Source: Eledone cirrhosa (lineage: Eukaryota). From it: a stretch of 64,000 nucleotides of DNA. Within the stretch, counting starts at the first letter, position 1, and each line of letters begins with the position of its first letter. The position numbers and the translations under genes were made by a program. The notes under the pieces are model-generated. The model was not told where the DNA came from, did not search any database, and was given only the letters and a program-made list of their open reading frames with translations. The stretch lies in assembly GCA_964016885.1 (NCBI GenBank), contig OZ024740.1, positions 373,674,001-373,738,000 on the forward strand, given 5' to 3'. Shown here piece by piece: positions 44,239 to 57,632 of the stretch.

Positions 44239-44546
44239 AACGAAAAATCAGTGATGCATCTGAAATCAATATATTGTGTGTTACAAACGTTTCGCCGGCT
44301 GACAGCTCGAGAAATGATCATTGCATGGATCTTGTCTGACTCTGAACCTGCGGGCTCGTCGGACACGTGAAATTATTTCGGGGCAGAGTAAAAGAAGTTG
44401 CTCCGAAAACATTTGACGTGTCCGACGAGCCCGCAGGTCCAGAGTAAGACAAGATCCATGCAATGATCGTGTCTCGAGCTGTCCGCCGGCGAAACACTTG
44501 TAACAAACAATCAATTGATTTCAGATGCGTCTCTGATTTGTCGTTA
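44239..44546. repeat. GC-rich palindrome formed by two divergent hammerhead-like units
   Basis: Arms ~44239-44368 and ~44416-44546; spacer has its own ttcggggca/tgctccgaa stem. Confidence 0.9.
44418..44506 (+). ncRNA. Hammerhead-like motif, U4C core, very long stem II (mirror 44277-44367 on -)
   Basis: ugu-CCGACGA-gcccgc..(~50 nt)..gccggc-GAAA-cacuu-GUA-aca. Confidence 0.62.
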
Positions 44547-44553
44547 CAAATAA

Positions 44554-44626
<73 letters not shown>

Positions 44627-45647
44627 CATACACGGAGGAAGGCTTATGTCGCTGTTTTTGATGTCTTTGAGTAATTTATTTACACGTTTATTGTATTGGG
44701 ATTTTTACGATTTGTCTATGAAATTGTTAGAAATAACTGCATGCCAATTGTTAATGTTGAAAGGAGGAATTTTGAATCAATATTTGTCCGGGTCAATATA
44801 AAAGAAATAAGATAGTGTGTAATGGTGTGGGCAAAATAAAAGAACAAAACATATTTTCTATAAAATGACAAAATGGATATAAAATGACCCATTCAATATC
44901 AATTGTAGATTTTTCTACTCAAACAGGTAACTGATATCAAATAAGTCAGAGAATAGGGAGCGCTTTGCATGATGCATATTGAATTGAAAGAAGTAAAGGC
45001 GATAACACAGAAATGTTACTCCCATTGTATCGAATTCGTTCGATTTGGAGTAATCCCCGAGAAGAGTAATACACATCAAAGGGTGTGACGTACTTCATTT
45101 CAAATATAATAATAAAATGCATATGCATTACCCAAGATAGTAGCTGAATGTTTGGATAAACTAAATGATAAAAAACTCATGTGTAATTAGGAATCGAATG
45201 ATTGCCTATGCCTTTTATCTGTGTATGACCGACACGCTAATTACCAAATATATCGCGAATCAATTCCATCGATTATATTACTCCATTAAAAATGTGTGAT
45301 CATGTATCAAAAACAAAAGTTCTCTAATTAGTGGATTTGTATTAATGAAATAAATGTGAACACCATAAATCTCATCTGTTTAAAACATTTAATGAAAGTA
45401 AATACTGCAACGAGTGTTTAATATCATGTTCCTTACATTTAATGTTATATCCATAGAAAAGAAAACTGCTCATTGTGAAAATAACCTAGAAAATAATATT
45501 TTGTAACTAACCATTCCAATATAATCTCTCACTCTTTACTTATTTTCTTCATACTTTTTAGTTGTTTTAATATAGGCTCTTCAGTTGTAATGATGTCTAC
45601 TCCTCTGTGTTCTATTTCATTCGTCCACCACACCCTTCTCTCTCTCA

Positions 45648-45732
<85 letters not shown>

Positions 45733-46155
45733 TGTGTGTGTATGTGTGAGTGTGGGTCAACTACAACAGCATGTAAGTGTGTAAGTTGGGTATACAGTTG
45801 TAGAGGACTGTGTTGGAATGTTGGTGTGATAAGTAAACACTGGAAGATAAGTAGAGATTAAGATAACAATAAGTAAGAACACACTCCTACTCTCTTAATT
45901 ATATATACGTTTCATCTATATTTCACCAACCTCCCAAACGTTCGTCTCTCTATAGCGGTCGCTGACTCTCCTTACGGTTCATCTTACTAGACATACATGA
46001 TGTTTTTGATGGCGTTTAGCAATTTAATAGCTTTACTTTCCGTTTGAGTTTCTAACGTATCTTAACCATAATAAAGGAAGGTCTGCGGGATTGCGTCCAG
46101 AATATATTTTTTTACCCCGTTTGTAAAATAAGTTGGATTACTTTCAATAAATAAT

Positions 46156-46327
46156 TGTTTCTACGTTTGGCATAAGGCCAGCAAATACCCAGTGCATTAC
46201 TCGTACTCTATTTTATCGACCCCGTTAGGATGAAAGACAAAGGTAATCTCGGTGGGATCTGAACTCAGAATGACAAGGGCCGTAACTCTATGCGTAACCC
46301 TCTACCCATACCTCCAATCCACTGCCT
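46156..46327 (-). mobile_element. SINE, family of 22208
   Basis: ttttatcgaccccgttaggatgaaagacaaagg...; aataaataat duplicated on both flanks. Confidence 0.8.
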
Positions 46328-47143
46328 TTGAATAAATAATGAATGAATATTACATAATTTATGTCATAAATTTCGTGGCTGTTGATTAAATATATATTAT
46401 AGCTTAATCTTTAATATTCACTTCTTTAAAATTATCAAATGTCAACACTTCCGGTTAGCGGCCGTTATATTATAACACTTAAAATCGCATATATTTCCGT
46501 CGCTTATTTTCTCCTAATGGAGTTTATATATAATGTCCTCTTTTTGTTAATATTACATGGATTACTTATTACAAAAACAGTGTAACGTAGGCCTTGTTCA
46601 ATTTCTGTCTATATTGTCAAATACGATTTTATTTGATGTATCATATTTACATGCATATATATTGTGTATAATATCAATATACACACTACACATGCTAGCA
46701 GAAAACCTCCCGTTGGGAGGTTTTTCTGCTAGCCTCTATAAATTTCGAATACACTCACGTTTTGTTTCGATGTTTTTTCGAAGTATACTATGCACCTCAC
46801 GCCATATATATATAAGCCCTTTAATTCGATATTAATTTCAATATATTTAGTATCAATTACTTAGGTGCTCATTATTATTGAGTATCGTTCTGCATAATCA
46901 TTTTCATGCTTGAAGGACATTTCAAATGAATATATCCAGAAGAACTATTAAATTTCTATTAAATTTCTATGATTCCCTCCTTCAAAAACATCGTCCTATG
47001 TATTTTTTAGTATTGTTATTTATAATTGTTTTGCTCAAATTAAACACTTCAATCAATTGCGACATTGATTTAACACCCACATACACACCCACACACACAC
47101 ACACACACACCCACACCCATCCATACACACCTATACACCCACC

Positions 47144-47196
<53 letters not shown>

Positions 47197-47197
<1 letters not shown>

Positions 47198-47415
47198 GCA
47201 ATAATAATAAATGTGAAGACTAAAATCCGAAGAGGGCCCGACAAGGATAATATATATATAAAAATATATAAAACAAAAGAGCAACTATTTATTACAATAA
47301 CAAGTTAAAGTTTAAGCAAAGAATCACTACTTTCACCATTAAGGGGGTCTTCAGAATATCTCGTTAAGGGCGAAGCAGCGATTATTTGCTTAAACATTAA
47401 TCTATTATTTCAATA
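47197..47415. mobile_element. Small inverted pair of Naiad-family termini folded at the HHR-like motif
   Basis: Matches 35141-35295, then inverts at ~47350. Confidence 0.75.
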
Positions 47416-47511
47416 CACACACAGATATATATATAGTAATAATAATAATTTTGAAGACTAAAATCCAAAGAGGGCTCGATAGGGATAAATATATATCAAA
47501 TATATATCAGC

Positions 47512-49181
47512 AGGGATGTGGTGTCACTGTACCCATCCATTAACATTGATTTTGCTAAGAAAAGATGTGTGGAGATGATCATTGAGAGTGAGGTGGAGTT
47601 CTGCGACGTCGACACAGACGAACTGGGCCTCCTACTTAGACTTACCTACGACACTGACTACCTAGACAGCCACGACCTTAGATGTTTCTGCCCTAGTAGA
47701 CCTATAAGAGGTAGACCACCCACCATAACCTCAATGGCAAAAAAGACTCCCATGGGAAGGTGGATTGGGTGGACCAAAGCTATACGGACCCCCCAAATGA
47801 TCAGGTAAGACAAATGGTCGCACATGCAATAGGGGCTAGTATCAAAACTACCCTAAAGGGCCACATATTTAAGTTCAACGAGAAGATCTACACCCAAAAT
47901 GAGGGAGCAGCCATCGGCGTCAGCATAGCTGGTGATGTTGCCAACCTTTTTATGGTATGGTGGGAAAGGAGACTTAAATATCTCGTTAATGACAGCTCCA
48001 TAGACCTCATCATGTACTCTCGTTATGTAGACGATATCAATATAGTTATAATAACACCCCCACTAGAAAGCACTAACAAGTTTGATTTAGAACGTAGCAC
48101 CATGGAAAGCATCCAGCAGATAGCTAATTCCATACACCAGAGTATAACTGTACCTATCGACTTCCCTTCCAAACACCCTAACAATAGACTACCTGTATTA
48201 GACACAGAACTCTGGATTAACACTATAGACGAGAGAGCCCAAATTCTCCACTCACACTATGCTAAACCCATGGCCTCCAAATACTTGATACTCAAAAACT
48301 CAGCAATGTCCAGTAGTGCTAAGTTTAATATTCTGGTAGCAGATTTGGTACGAGTGATGAAGAATGTGTCCCGCTTGTGCGACCCAACAGAAATGGAAAG
48401 ACACATCCAACACTTCATCAACCGCATGCAGTTCTCTGGCTACAACCACAGAAACAGAGTCCGAGTATACGAAGGAGCCATGGAAAAGTATACGACCCTC
48501 ATAGAACTGGACATGAAAGGAATTTGCCCATCATACAGGAGCAAATCATGGAATAGCTTAGATAGGGCTAGATATAAGATAGGGAAAGCCACCTCATGGT
48601 ACGACAACCAGAGATACCAGAGTGTCATGTTTGTGGACGCTACCCCTGGAGGGAAATTAGCTAACCAGTGTAGAAAGGCCCTGAGAAAGACCCACTTAAA
48701 AATAAAGGTGGTAGAAAAGCCAGGAACCACCATAAAATCCCTGTTCAGCAAAATCTACCCTTTTAAGAAAACCCACTGTACCAATAGGAAATGTATCATA
48801 TGTAAGGTGAACCTCCGGATAAACTGTAAATCTAGAAACGTAGTCTATAGTATAAGATGTACAGAGGGTACTTGCAGAAACATGACAACAACATAGATAG
48901 GTGAGGCAGCTCGTAGCATAGGTGAAAGGATAGACCAACACTGGGGGGAACTAAAAGAACGAAAAAACGGGTCAGTACTATACGAACATGCTAGACAACA
49001 ACATGACGGTAACATAGACAACATAGAAATTAGTATAATATCTAAACATAGAAATGACCCAGCAGATAGGCAAATCAGAGAGGCCAGTGAAATAGAAATT
49101 AGAAGACCAAGGCTAGACAGAAAGAATGAATGGAATAACAACAACACCCAAACAAACAACACTGATCTAAGAGAAGTATAA
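47512..49181 (+). pseudogene. PLE reverse transcriptase + GIY-YIG endonuclease (frameshift near 47790, stop at YIG tyrosine)
   Basis: DVVSLYPSI; YTQNEGAAIGVSIAGDVANLFM; YSRYVDD; LPVLD; NCKSRNVVYSIRC...TT*IGEAARSIGERIDQH. Confidence 0.93.
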
Positions 49182-49419
49182 CTAAGTAAATAAAATAAAA
49201 TAAATGAATAAATAAATACATACACAAGCAAAAACACAACAAGCACATACACACACACTACTCACCCATCACACAGCAAATAAAACACTATACACACACG
49301 CAAACGCATGCGCAAAGAAGACAAAATAAAATAAACAAACAAGCAAATAAATAAATAAATATATAGACATTCTGAATAAAAATGGCGTAGACATACAATA
49401 CAACAGGAGGAAGATATAA

Positions 49420-49463
49420 CACCACTGACGATGTTGCAGGTGTGCAACGAAAGATTTATGATA
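49420..49463 (+). ncRNA. Minimal type I hammerhead ribozyme motif
   Basis: cacca-CUGACGA-u-guugca ggug ugcaac-GAAA-gauu-UA-ugaua; intact core. Confidence 0.78.
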
Positions 49464-49752
49464 AACTATATATATGTGTTTGTGTCTATATTGTATCATT
49501 ATTATTTTTGACCGTCGGTCAGTCAATGGCAACATTGAGGACCGAGTAAGTTAGATTACCGATATAAAAGACACAGAAGCGAGAAGCGAAATCCAACCAA
49601 ACAGTGAGTGTGTTCTGTTATTAAATCTGGCAATATTACACAAATATGACCCACCCCAAGTATAACAATAAATATATATCAAATATATAAGAACCGTAGA
49701 GCAAATAGTTAAGGGTGAAAACAGTAATAAATAAATAAATAAATATATATAT

Positions 49753-49826
<74 letters not shown>

Positions 49827-50864
49827 TAAAATAACAGATTAAAGTTTAAGCAAAGAATCGCTGCTTTCACCTTTAACGGGATCTTCTGAAACTAATAAAG
49901 TCAATCTGTAAACGCAGAAGTGGATATTTCAAAAAACGTTGCAACCGGAGTAAGACAGGAAGACGATACTTTGGTTCATTGAAACGTTCCCTGGCAAAGA
50001 ACGGGAAAAAAACGAATATAATACGTCATTAATAGGAGCGGTGAAAAACAATTACGCACAAAGACAGCAGCACGTTTATGGTATAAAAGAGATCGTAGAC
50101 TAATGTTATCTTAGGTGGTGCATAGAGACGTTATCTGGCAATGAACGAAAAAAAAACGAAGATAATACGTCATATGTGGAACGTGGAAAACAATTGCACG
50201 CAAAGAAAAAAACACGTAAATGGTATAGCAGAAGTCGTAGACTAAAATTCTAACTAGGAGACCGGATGAATCTCCGCTTCAGAGTTAAGAACAAAGTAAA
50301 TAAATACAATACAGAAGTAATAGAAATTAAATAAATACATACACGCATACAAATACGTAAAACACAAGCATACACGAAAACACTTACCATAGGTATACAA
50401 AACCACGCACATATAAATATGTGTGTGTGTATGCGTGTATACAAATAAATAAATAATTAAATAAACGTATATAAATAAATAAATACGTATATAACAGGTG
50501 CACACACATACCTACATGTAAATACACAAATGTTCGGAGACGTATGTCAATCAAAACATGAAGTACACATAAACACACACCCTACATACGTACGAACGTG
50601 CATACCCACACAGACGCAAACCTCCCGTATACACATAACCACACCATATGTACCAGAATATATAAAATATTACGCCATAACAAATACAATCAAATATACG
50701 TACGAGAAGGTATACGTACCTTCACAAAACATACAGGTTATATATACTTACCTATGCAAATAAGTAATGGTATAAACAAAACATATACTTAGCTACCACA
50801 TCAAGACGTAAAATATCCATGTATAGATCGTACTATCCGTTAGGGTATAACGTGGGACTGTAAT

Positions 50865-51330
50865 ACAGGAAAGTTTTGTGCAATTTATGTTTACAAGCCG
50901 AATTTGCCTCAGATTATTTGTTTAAGATGTGGTCTGTGGCGTAGAGTATTTCCAGGGCCTCAGCCGCGCAGAGGTCACATGGTCTTTTATTTCCGTTATA
51001 CGATCTACCCCTAGCTAGGATATTCCAGTGTAACTTATATTAGGTGTGGTTGTCTTTTAGACTCCAGATATAAGCTGAAAGTGACGTCATATTCCTTCTT
51101 AGAGGGTAACGAAAACAATGGGTATGCATTAAAAGACGCTGCTTGAATATATTGGCAGTTAACCTTATGTAGGCCCTACGGGACGTGGGTATTTCAACCG
51201 TACATTTGTAGACAATGTTACGAGAGAGGCATTTCCCGGATAGGGGGCAATTAACCCGATTCCTACAATTACAGTTAGTACTAACTACAGGGTTGCAAGT
51301 GTTCCTACGGCTAGGTAGTTTAGCTAAATT
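50865..51330 (-). pseudogene. Naiad-type GIY-YIG endonuclease remnant (absent from ORF track)
   Basis: CNCRNRVNCPLSGKCLSRNIVYKCTVE...AYIRLTANIFKQRL...TSLSAYIWSLKD...CDLCAAE...CKH; CxCx5Cx5C linker; two TAA stops. Confidence 0.88.
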
Positions 51331-52443
51331 TGAAGCTGTGATGTTATGTGCAATGTTATGTTTTGTTTATACCATTACTTATTTGCATAGGAAAATATAT
51401 ATAACCTGTATGTTTTGTGAAGGTACGTATACATTCTCGTACGTATATTTGATTGTATATGTTATGGCGTATAATTTTATATATCCTGGTACATAGGGTT
51501 TGGTTATGTGTATCCGGGAGTTTTGCGTCTGTGTGAGTATGCAGGTTCGTACGTATGTAGGGTGTGTGTTTATGTGTACTTCATGTTTTGGTTGACTTAC
51601 GTCTCCGAACATTTGTGTATTTATATGTAGGTATGTGTGTGCGCTTGCTATATACTTATTTATTTATTTATATACGTTTATTTAATTATTTATTTATTTG
51701 TATACACGCATACACACACATATTTATATGTGCGTGGTTTTGTATACCTATGGTAAGTGTTTTCGCGTATGCTTGTGTTGTACGTATTTGTATGCGTGTA
51801 TGTATTTATTTAATTTCTATTATTTCTGTTTTGTATTTATTTACTTTGTTCTTAACTCTGAAGCGGAAATTCATTCGGTGTCCTAGTTAGAATTTTAGTC
51901 TACGACTTCTGCTATACCGTTTAAGTGGTTTTGTCTTTGCGTGCAATTGTTCTCCACGTTCCAGATATGACGTATTATCTTCGTTTTTTTCGTTCATTGC
52001 AAGAGAACGTCTCTATGAACTATCCAAGGGAACATTAGTCTACGACCTCTTTTATACTATAAACGTGGTTCTCTCTTCGCGCGTAATTGTTTTTCACCGC
52101 TCCTATTAATGACGTATTATATTCGTTTTTTCCCGTTCTTTGCCAGTGAACGTTTCCACGAACCAAAGTATCGTCTTCCTGTCTTCCTCTGGTTGCAACG
52201 TTTTTTGAAATATCCACTTCTGCGTTTACAGATTGACTTTGTTAGTTTCAGAAGATCCCGTTAAGGGTGAAAGCAGTGATTCTTTGCTTAAACTTTAATC
52301 TGTTATTTTAATAAATATTTGCTCTACGGTTCTTATATATTTGATATATATTTATCCTTATCGAGCCGTCTTTGGATTTAATCTTCCAATTTATTATTAT
52401 TACTATATATATATATATATATGTGTGTGTGTATGTATGTATG

Positions 52444-52521
<78 letters not shown>

Positions 52522-52554
52522 TATATGTATATATATTTATATGCATATACATAC

Positions 52555-52718
52555 GCAGGCAAACACCTTTGTTTTGCTTTGCTCCATCCCGAATATGGCT
52601 TCCTGCCGGGCTTTCTTCTCCTCCTAGCTTACATGAAGTTATGCCTCTAATGCACTTATGACCAGCTGAATGGTGCGGTGCCAAGCATTTCGGTCATAAA
52701 CCAACAAGCCATCTAGAT
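52555..52718 (-). mobile_element. RTE LINE 3' portion, split from 55602-55925 by the hAT
   Basis: [20 protein letters not shown]...EEKKARQE. Confidence 0.7.
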
Positions 52719-52965
52719 CACAGGTTCTCAACCGATTCAGGCCAAATGCCCCTTTTGTGCGCCGAAATCATGAAACGCCCTCCTACCCTATTTTTCCATT
52801 GTTAAATATACTAATGCTTTTGATATCAGTCGATTACTAAAAAATTGATTAACAATATTCCAAAGATACCATTGCAGGCAGCTGAGAGTATAAATACATT
52901 ACTTAAAAGGAAATATATAAATTTCAAAAAAAGGAACATAAATGTTCTTTTTTTATGAATAAGGA

Positions 52966-53405
52966 AGACGCATGGCTTAGTGATTTGAGCATTGGGCTTG
53001 CAATCGAAAGGTTGTGAGTTCAATTCTCGGACGGGATGATGTGTTATATCCTTGAATAAGACACTTTATTCTACATTGCTCTACTCAGTGAACTCAGCTG
53101 TATAAATGAGATGATAGAACTGGGGTCCATATCATTCCACTGCAAAGAGGTCGTGGAGGTGCCACGGCAAAAAAAGCACCCAGCCCACACTGTAAAATTG
53201 GACGTGAGGCACCACGGAAAAAAGCACCCAGCACTCACTTTAAATGAGGTTGGTGTTAGGAAAGGCATCCAGCTATAGAAATCAAGCCAGAATCAGTTCC
53301 TGTATGAGCAATACAAGGTCAGCCAACCGGACTCTGCCCAGAACAGGACAACCCGTCTAACCCATGCTAGCGTGGAAGAACGGACGTAAAACGGTGATGC
53401 TGAAG
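52966..53405 (+). mobile_element. tRNA-derived SINE nested in the hAT
   Basis: A box tggcttagtg, B box gagttcaattc; Nin-domain-like ggtgttaggaaaggcatccagctatagaaa; (TGA)-like tail. Confidence 0.8.
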
Positions 53406-53849
53406 GACAAGTAGAATTTGTTATATTCCTACCAGGCGAAACCAGCTATTTTGAACATTTATACAAGAGCAACTCTGTCTATGCAAAGAGTGGTCTTATC
53501 TGGAAGAAAGTGGCAATTATATCATTTCAAAGCTTTCCAATTTTCCCTTTATTGAAACGAACAGAATAAATGTTGATATCTAACTTGATGTCCGCTTCGC
53601 TTTGTGAGATTAGAGACCATGAAATAGGGTTTTCATCACTATATAAGACGGTATATTTATTAGTAAATGGTAAAATATATACAACACATGAGTAACTGAA
53701 TTGTAGTAGACGGTTTCCAGTCCAGTCAGATTGCAACTACAAATTAAAAAAAATGTTAGTTTGCTTTGTAACAATAGCATATCTATGTTTTCGGATAAAT
53801 CAACTTACTTTAATTTTGATCTCATTTCAATGGAATCCTTGAGCTTCAT

Positions 53850-54945
53850 AGAGTCTAGCTAACTCTTTAACGTGCGGCTGAATTTTCGTAATATGTAGCC
53901 AGCGATCTCCACTAGCTGACTCTTTGACGTGAGGCTGAATATTCGTAAGATGTGGCCAGTGATCACCACGTGTAATTAGATTGTATTGGTTGCAAGACTT
54001 ACTGTGCAGTCTAGAAACAGCACCAAACCTCCTCTCAACTAACTATGAGCTTGGAAAAGGCAGAGAAAATCTCTGATCCTCTGCTTGTAGGAGTGGAAAT
54101 CGACGCTGAATTTCCTCTTGCATCCAAAAAAGGGGTTCACCTATTTCGGGTAATCTAATTTTGATCATGTCATCTAGTTGAAGTTCAATGAATACTTCTT
54201 GAAATTGAATGTCCAAATCGTTGACGGTAGCTATGAAAGGATCTGCTATCCACATTGGGATGACCATCAGCAAAAGTTCAACAAACGGTTCTCTCATGTT
54301 TTCTTGTAGTGCACGGAGGTGGGCGGTATAAATTTGGAGTTGGTCATCGCTTACAATGTTTTGAACATTGGCGACACTAGGAATATTATAGAATTCCCAT
54401 CAACAAAGATTCCTTTCGATTTACATTCAATTTGGCCAGGAATGTATTCACAGCATCCCTTGCTTCAAGCAAAGTGATCTTCTTTCCCTGCAAAGCCACA
54501 ATGACGCTATTGCATTTGTCAAAGATGTTAGAGAGTTAGGCGCAGTCTTGCTTCACATCAAGGGGTTTCTTGTACAGTTCTATGTTGCGTCCTCGAAGAA
54601 ACTCAATGATAGAGTCGAACAGTTTAAAGAAGTGAATAAGGCACTTGCCCTTTGAAAGCCACCTCACTTGAGTATGAAGGAGCAACTTGACGAATTCTTC
54701 GCACAGATGCGGAAAATTTCGTTTATTGAGGAAATGGAGTTTGATAAAATTGATGACATCAATGGACACCTGCAAGGACTTGCTCAGCGGCTCACTGAGT
54801 TTCTTCGCAGCCAAGTGTTGTCGATGAATGACACAATGAACAGCAAATACAGATAGATTTTCTCTCTTCAGAAGAGTGAAGAAACCCTTATGTTGGCCGA
54901 CCATTGCTCTTGTGTCGTCCGTAGCACATGATACAATGTGCTTGT
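53850..54945 (-). pseudogene. Buster/Charlie-like hAT transposase remnant (C-terminal half)
   Basis: VHCVIHRQHLAAK, LLLHTQVRWLSKGKCL, WIADPF, LPFPSS*LVERGF; ~57-bp tandem duplication at ~53854-53969. Confidence 0.9.
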
Positions 54946-54954
54946 GTGTTATAG

Positions 54955-55146
54955 GTGGTCCTAGATGCGTGTATTACCTGCTGATGTGTTGTATGTGGTC
55001 CTAGATATGTGTATTACCTGCTTATATGTTTTATGTTGTCCTAGATGTGTGTATTATCTGATTATGTGTTGTATGTGGTCCTAGATGTGTGTACTTCATG
55101 ATTATGTGTGTATGTGGTCCTAGATGTGTGTGCTACCCGCTTCTGT
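54955..55146. repeat. 40-bp minisatellite, ~5 units
   Basis: gtggtcctagatgtgtgtattacctgcttatgtgttgtat consensus. Confidence 0.9.
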
Positions 55147-55601
55147 GTTTTTTCTTTCTTTTTTTTTTTTGTTTGTAATATTATTTATACAATAGGGAAT
55201 AAAATAGATGTACATAGTGTTAACTCGTTACGGTTGAGTCAATAATATCAGACAGGAAATACATTGTTACTGGTGAAGGAAAGACAAGATTCTAACTGAC
55301 TGCGCTCACAGTGTCGTTGACTAAGTTGACTGTGGGTTTTTTCCATTTTTAAGATCTCAATTGCCAGTTAATGTCTAGACACGCCTGCACACCTGCTTAT
55401 AGCTGCAGTCAGACCATAGTTATTCTGTCTGCATGCTCATTCAAATGCATTCACACTGGCTGTCAGAGACAAACAAATATGGCTTATAAAACTTACCAAA
55501 GTAAAGAGCCTTCCTGACGCCCCCTTATTTCAAAACACCCCTCCCCCTGGAGTTGCAAAACGCCCCCTGCGGGTGCATATGCCCCGCGTTGAGAACCTTT
55601 G

Positions 55602-55925
55602 ATCTAGATGATGATATTACATGATTTTCGTGGTCTCTTTTAAGATGTCTTTATACTGTTTCCTCGGCGCAATACTGTTTCGACTGATAGATGTCAATTC
55701 TCCGCACAATTCGTCTGCCAATCGAGAAATGCCTTATACAGTTCAGCTGTTTCTTCATAAATATGGACTTTATACTGATGATGTTGGCTCTCTCGAATGC
55801 CAATGATGACAAATTATTTCCTGTGCATGTTTAGTAAGCCACGCAGACAGCGTTGTTGGATTCTCTCCAACGAGACCAATCTCATAACCGTATAATTGGG
55901 TGGTAAGGACTACGGATTCTGAGAG
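55602..55925 (-). mobile_element. RTE LINE fragment
   Basis: SVVLTTQLYGYE; ERANIISIKSIFMKKQL; CGELTSISRNSIAPRKQYKDILK. Confidence 0.72.
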
Positions 55926-57570
55926 TGTGGAGAAACAATATACACGCACACACACACATATATATATGTATGTCTATGTGCGTGTGTGTATATATATATT
56001 TGTTCTTGAGTTGTGTATACATATATGTGCATTTGAGAGGATGGAAGTGAGAGAGTGAGAATGTGTGAAATAGTTCGGGTGAGGAGTGTTTGTACATTTA
56101 ACGTGGTAAGTTGTAGTATATGACGAAAGTAATTCCGAAAATGTATCGGTAGAGAATTTAACACTTGCATTTGGAAAGTATATATATTTATAATATTAGG
56201 AACTCTAAGTAGTAAGCGATTACGAAAACATCTATTATATATACTTTCAATTATAAAAGTTCAATATGGAGAACATTATTAATTTAAATTAGTGCATAGA
56301 CTCTTTCAGAATGAAACAGAAACCAAATTATGGTAGCATCATATTGAAAGCAAATATATACATATAACATCTCAAATACAAATATAAATAACTAATTATA
56401 ATCCTTTGTGTGAGTAGTCTACTTTATGCGAGTATAAATTGGAATATTTCATTGTACAACAAGCGGGGATTTTATTATGATCAGTTTCATCTGACATATA
56501 CTGACTACACTTCTCTCAATTCGATTGAAAGAGCAACAGACTTTGTCAAGACAAATTTCATTATCATATAATAGATGTTATTATACGAAATCACCGGACA
56601 ATTGTCGATGTAAAGTGTTATGACATATTAACTTCATTGATATTGACATTCTCGTAGAAACGCGTAGCTTGATAATAAGTCATAAAGACCTCAGCTTAAA
56701 ATTTAACAAGGCAATAATCTCAATTAAGGGAAAGGTTGCAGTTTATATCGCTTCATAATTCGCTACACACATTTTGTAGATAAGGAATTTTATTTTGGGA
56801 GTGATCTCATGCAGTCGAATTGCTGTTCACGTCTACATGTGTAGAAGCAGCACCGCCTCAGATGTAGGAGTATCATTTTATGTGGAACTGTTTTACACTT
56901 TGTTGATGTTTAGTATTTACTGGAGACAGGCATGTACTTGCCTAAGAAAAGATACAATTATATTCTGATTCAGCCGTTGTAATCTACAGTGTGTGTTTTC
57001 CAATGTGGTGATAAGATAGCTTTTTAACTGACCAGGACTGATCTTTGTATGTTCACGCCTTTAAAATATAATGTGTCATTTAGCGGATAACAATAAAATA
57101 ATTAACACTTAGTCATACCACATTTTCCTTTTATCTTATATGGGTTTTCTTTCCAGTCAAAATAATAAAAAGTGTCCATGGCACACCAAAGCAGTCTTCA
57201 ATGAAGAAGAGTATGAAGAAGCATGCCGGTTAAAACATAGAATTAATACATTCTATTGATATTCCTATTCTAAAATATTGATATTTTTATTCTTAAATAT
57301 TGAAATTCCCTACAAGCATCATCACATGCAGTTAATAGATAGAGATACACGATATGTTTACGGATGCTTGACTTAATGTTTATTTGGTAGAAAATGCCGC
57401 TGAAACATAATTCAACATACAAATCATTGCACATGACATTAGGTAATAATAGTATAATGTTATGTTTTCTATCATCATTGTTGTCACTATGCTAGCTTAA
57501 ATTGAGCACACACACACACACGTACACACACACACACATACAGACGCACACACGCACATACAAAGACACA

Positions 57571-57630
<60 letters not shown>

Positions 57631-57632
57631 AA

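Larger units (their letters stand above)
47507..49667 (+). mobile_element. 5'-truncated PLE with 22-bp target duplication
   Basis: ataaatatatatcaaatatata at 47485-47506 and 49668-49689; RT+EN; HHR in 3' UTR. Confidence 0.93.
47436..52404 (-). mobile_element. 5'-truncated Naiad-type PLE with ~1.05-kb inverted copy of its 3' UTR; interrupted by a nested PLE
   Basis: Left arm 47436-47506 + 49668-50790, right arm ~51355-52404; GIY-YIG remnant in spacer. Confidence 0.88.
52719..55601 (-). mobile_element. Buster-type hAT transposon with both TIRs and 8-bp TSD
   Basis: TIRs cacaggttctcaac / gttgagaacctttg; TSD ATCTAGAT at 52711-52718 and 55602-55609 (nnnTAnnn). Confidence 0.9.

Noticed and set aside
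47760-48896. 378-aa ORF as an intact gene
   Set aside because: Part of a 5'-truncated PLE with a frameshift and a stop at the YIG tyrosine.
52966-53035. Possible tRNA gene
   Set aside because: A and B boxes present but no full cloverleaf; continues into a SINE body.
54955-55146. Regularly spaced ~40-bp units resembling a CRISPR array
   Set aside because: No unique spacers, whole units are similar, no cas genes and a eukaryotic context.
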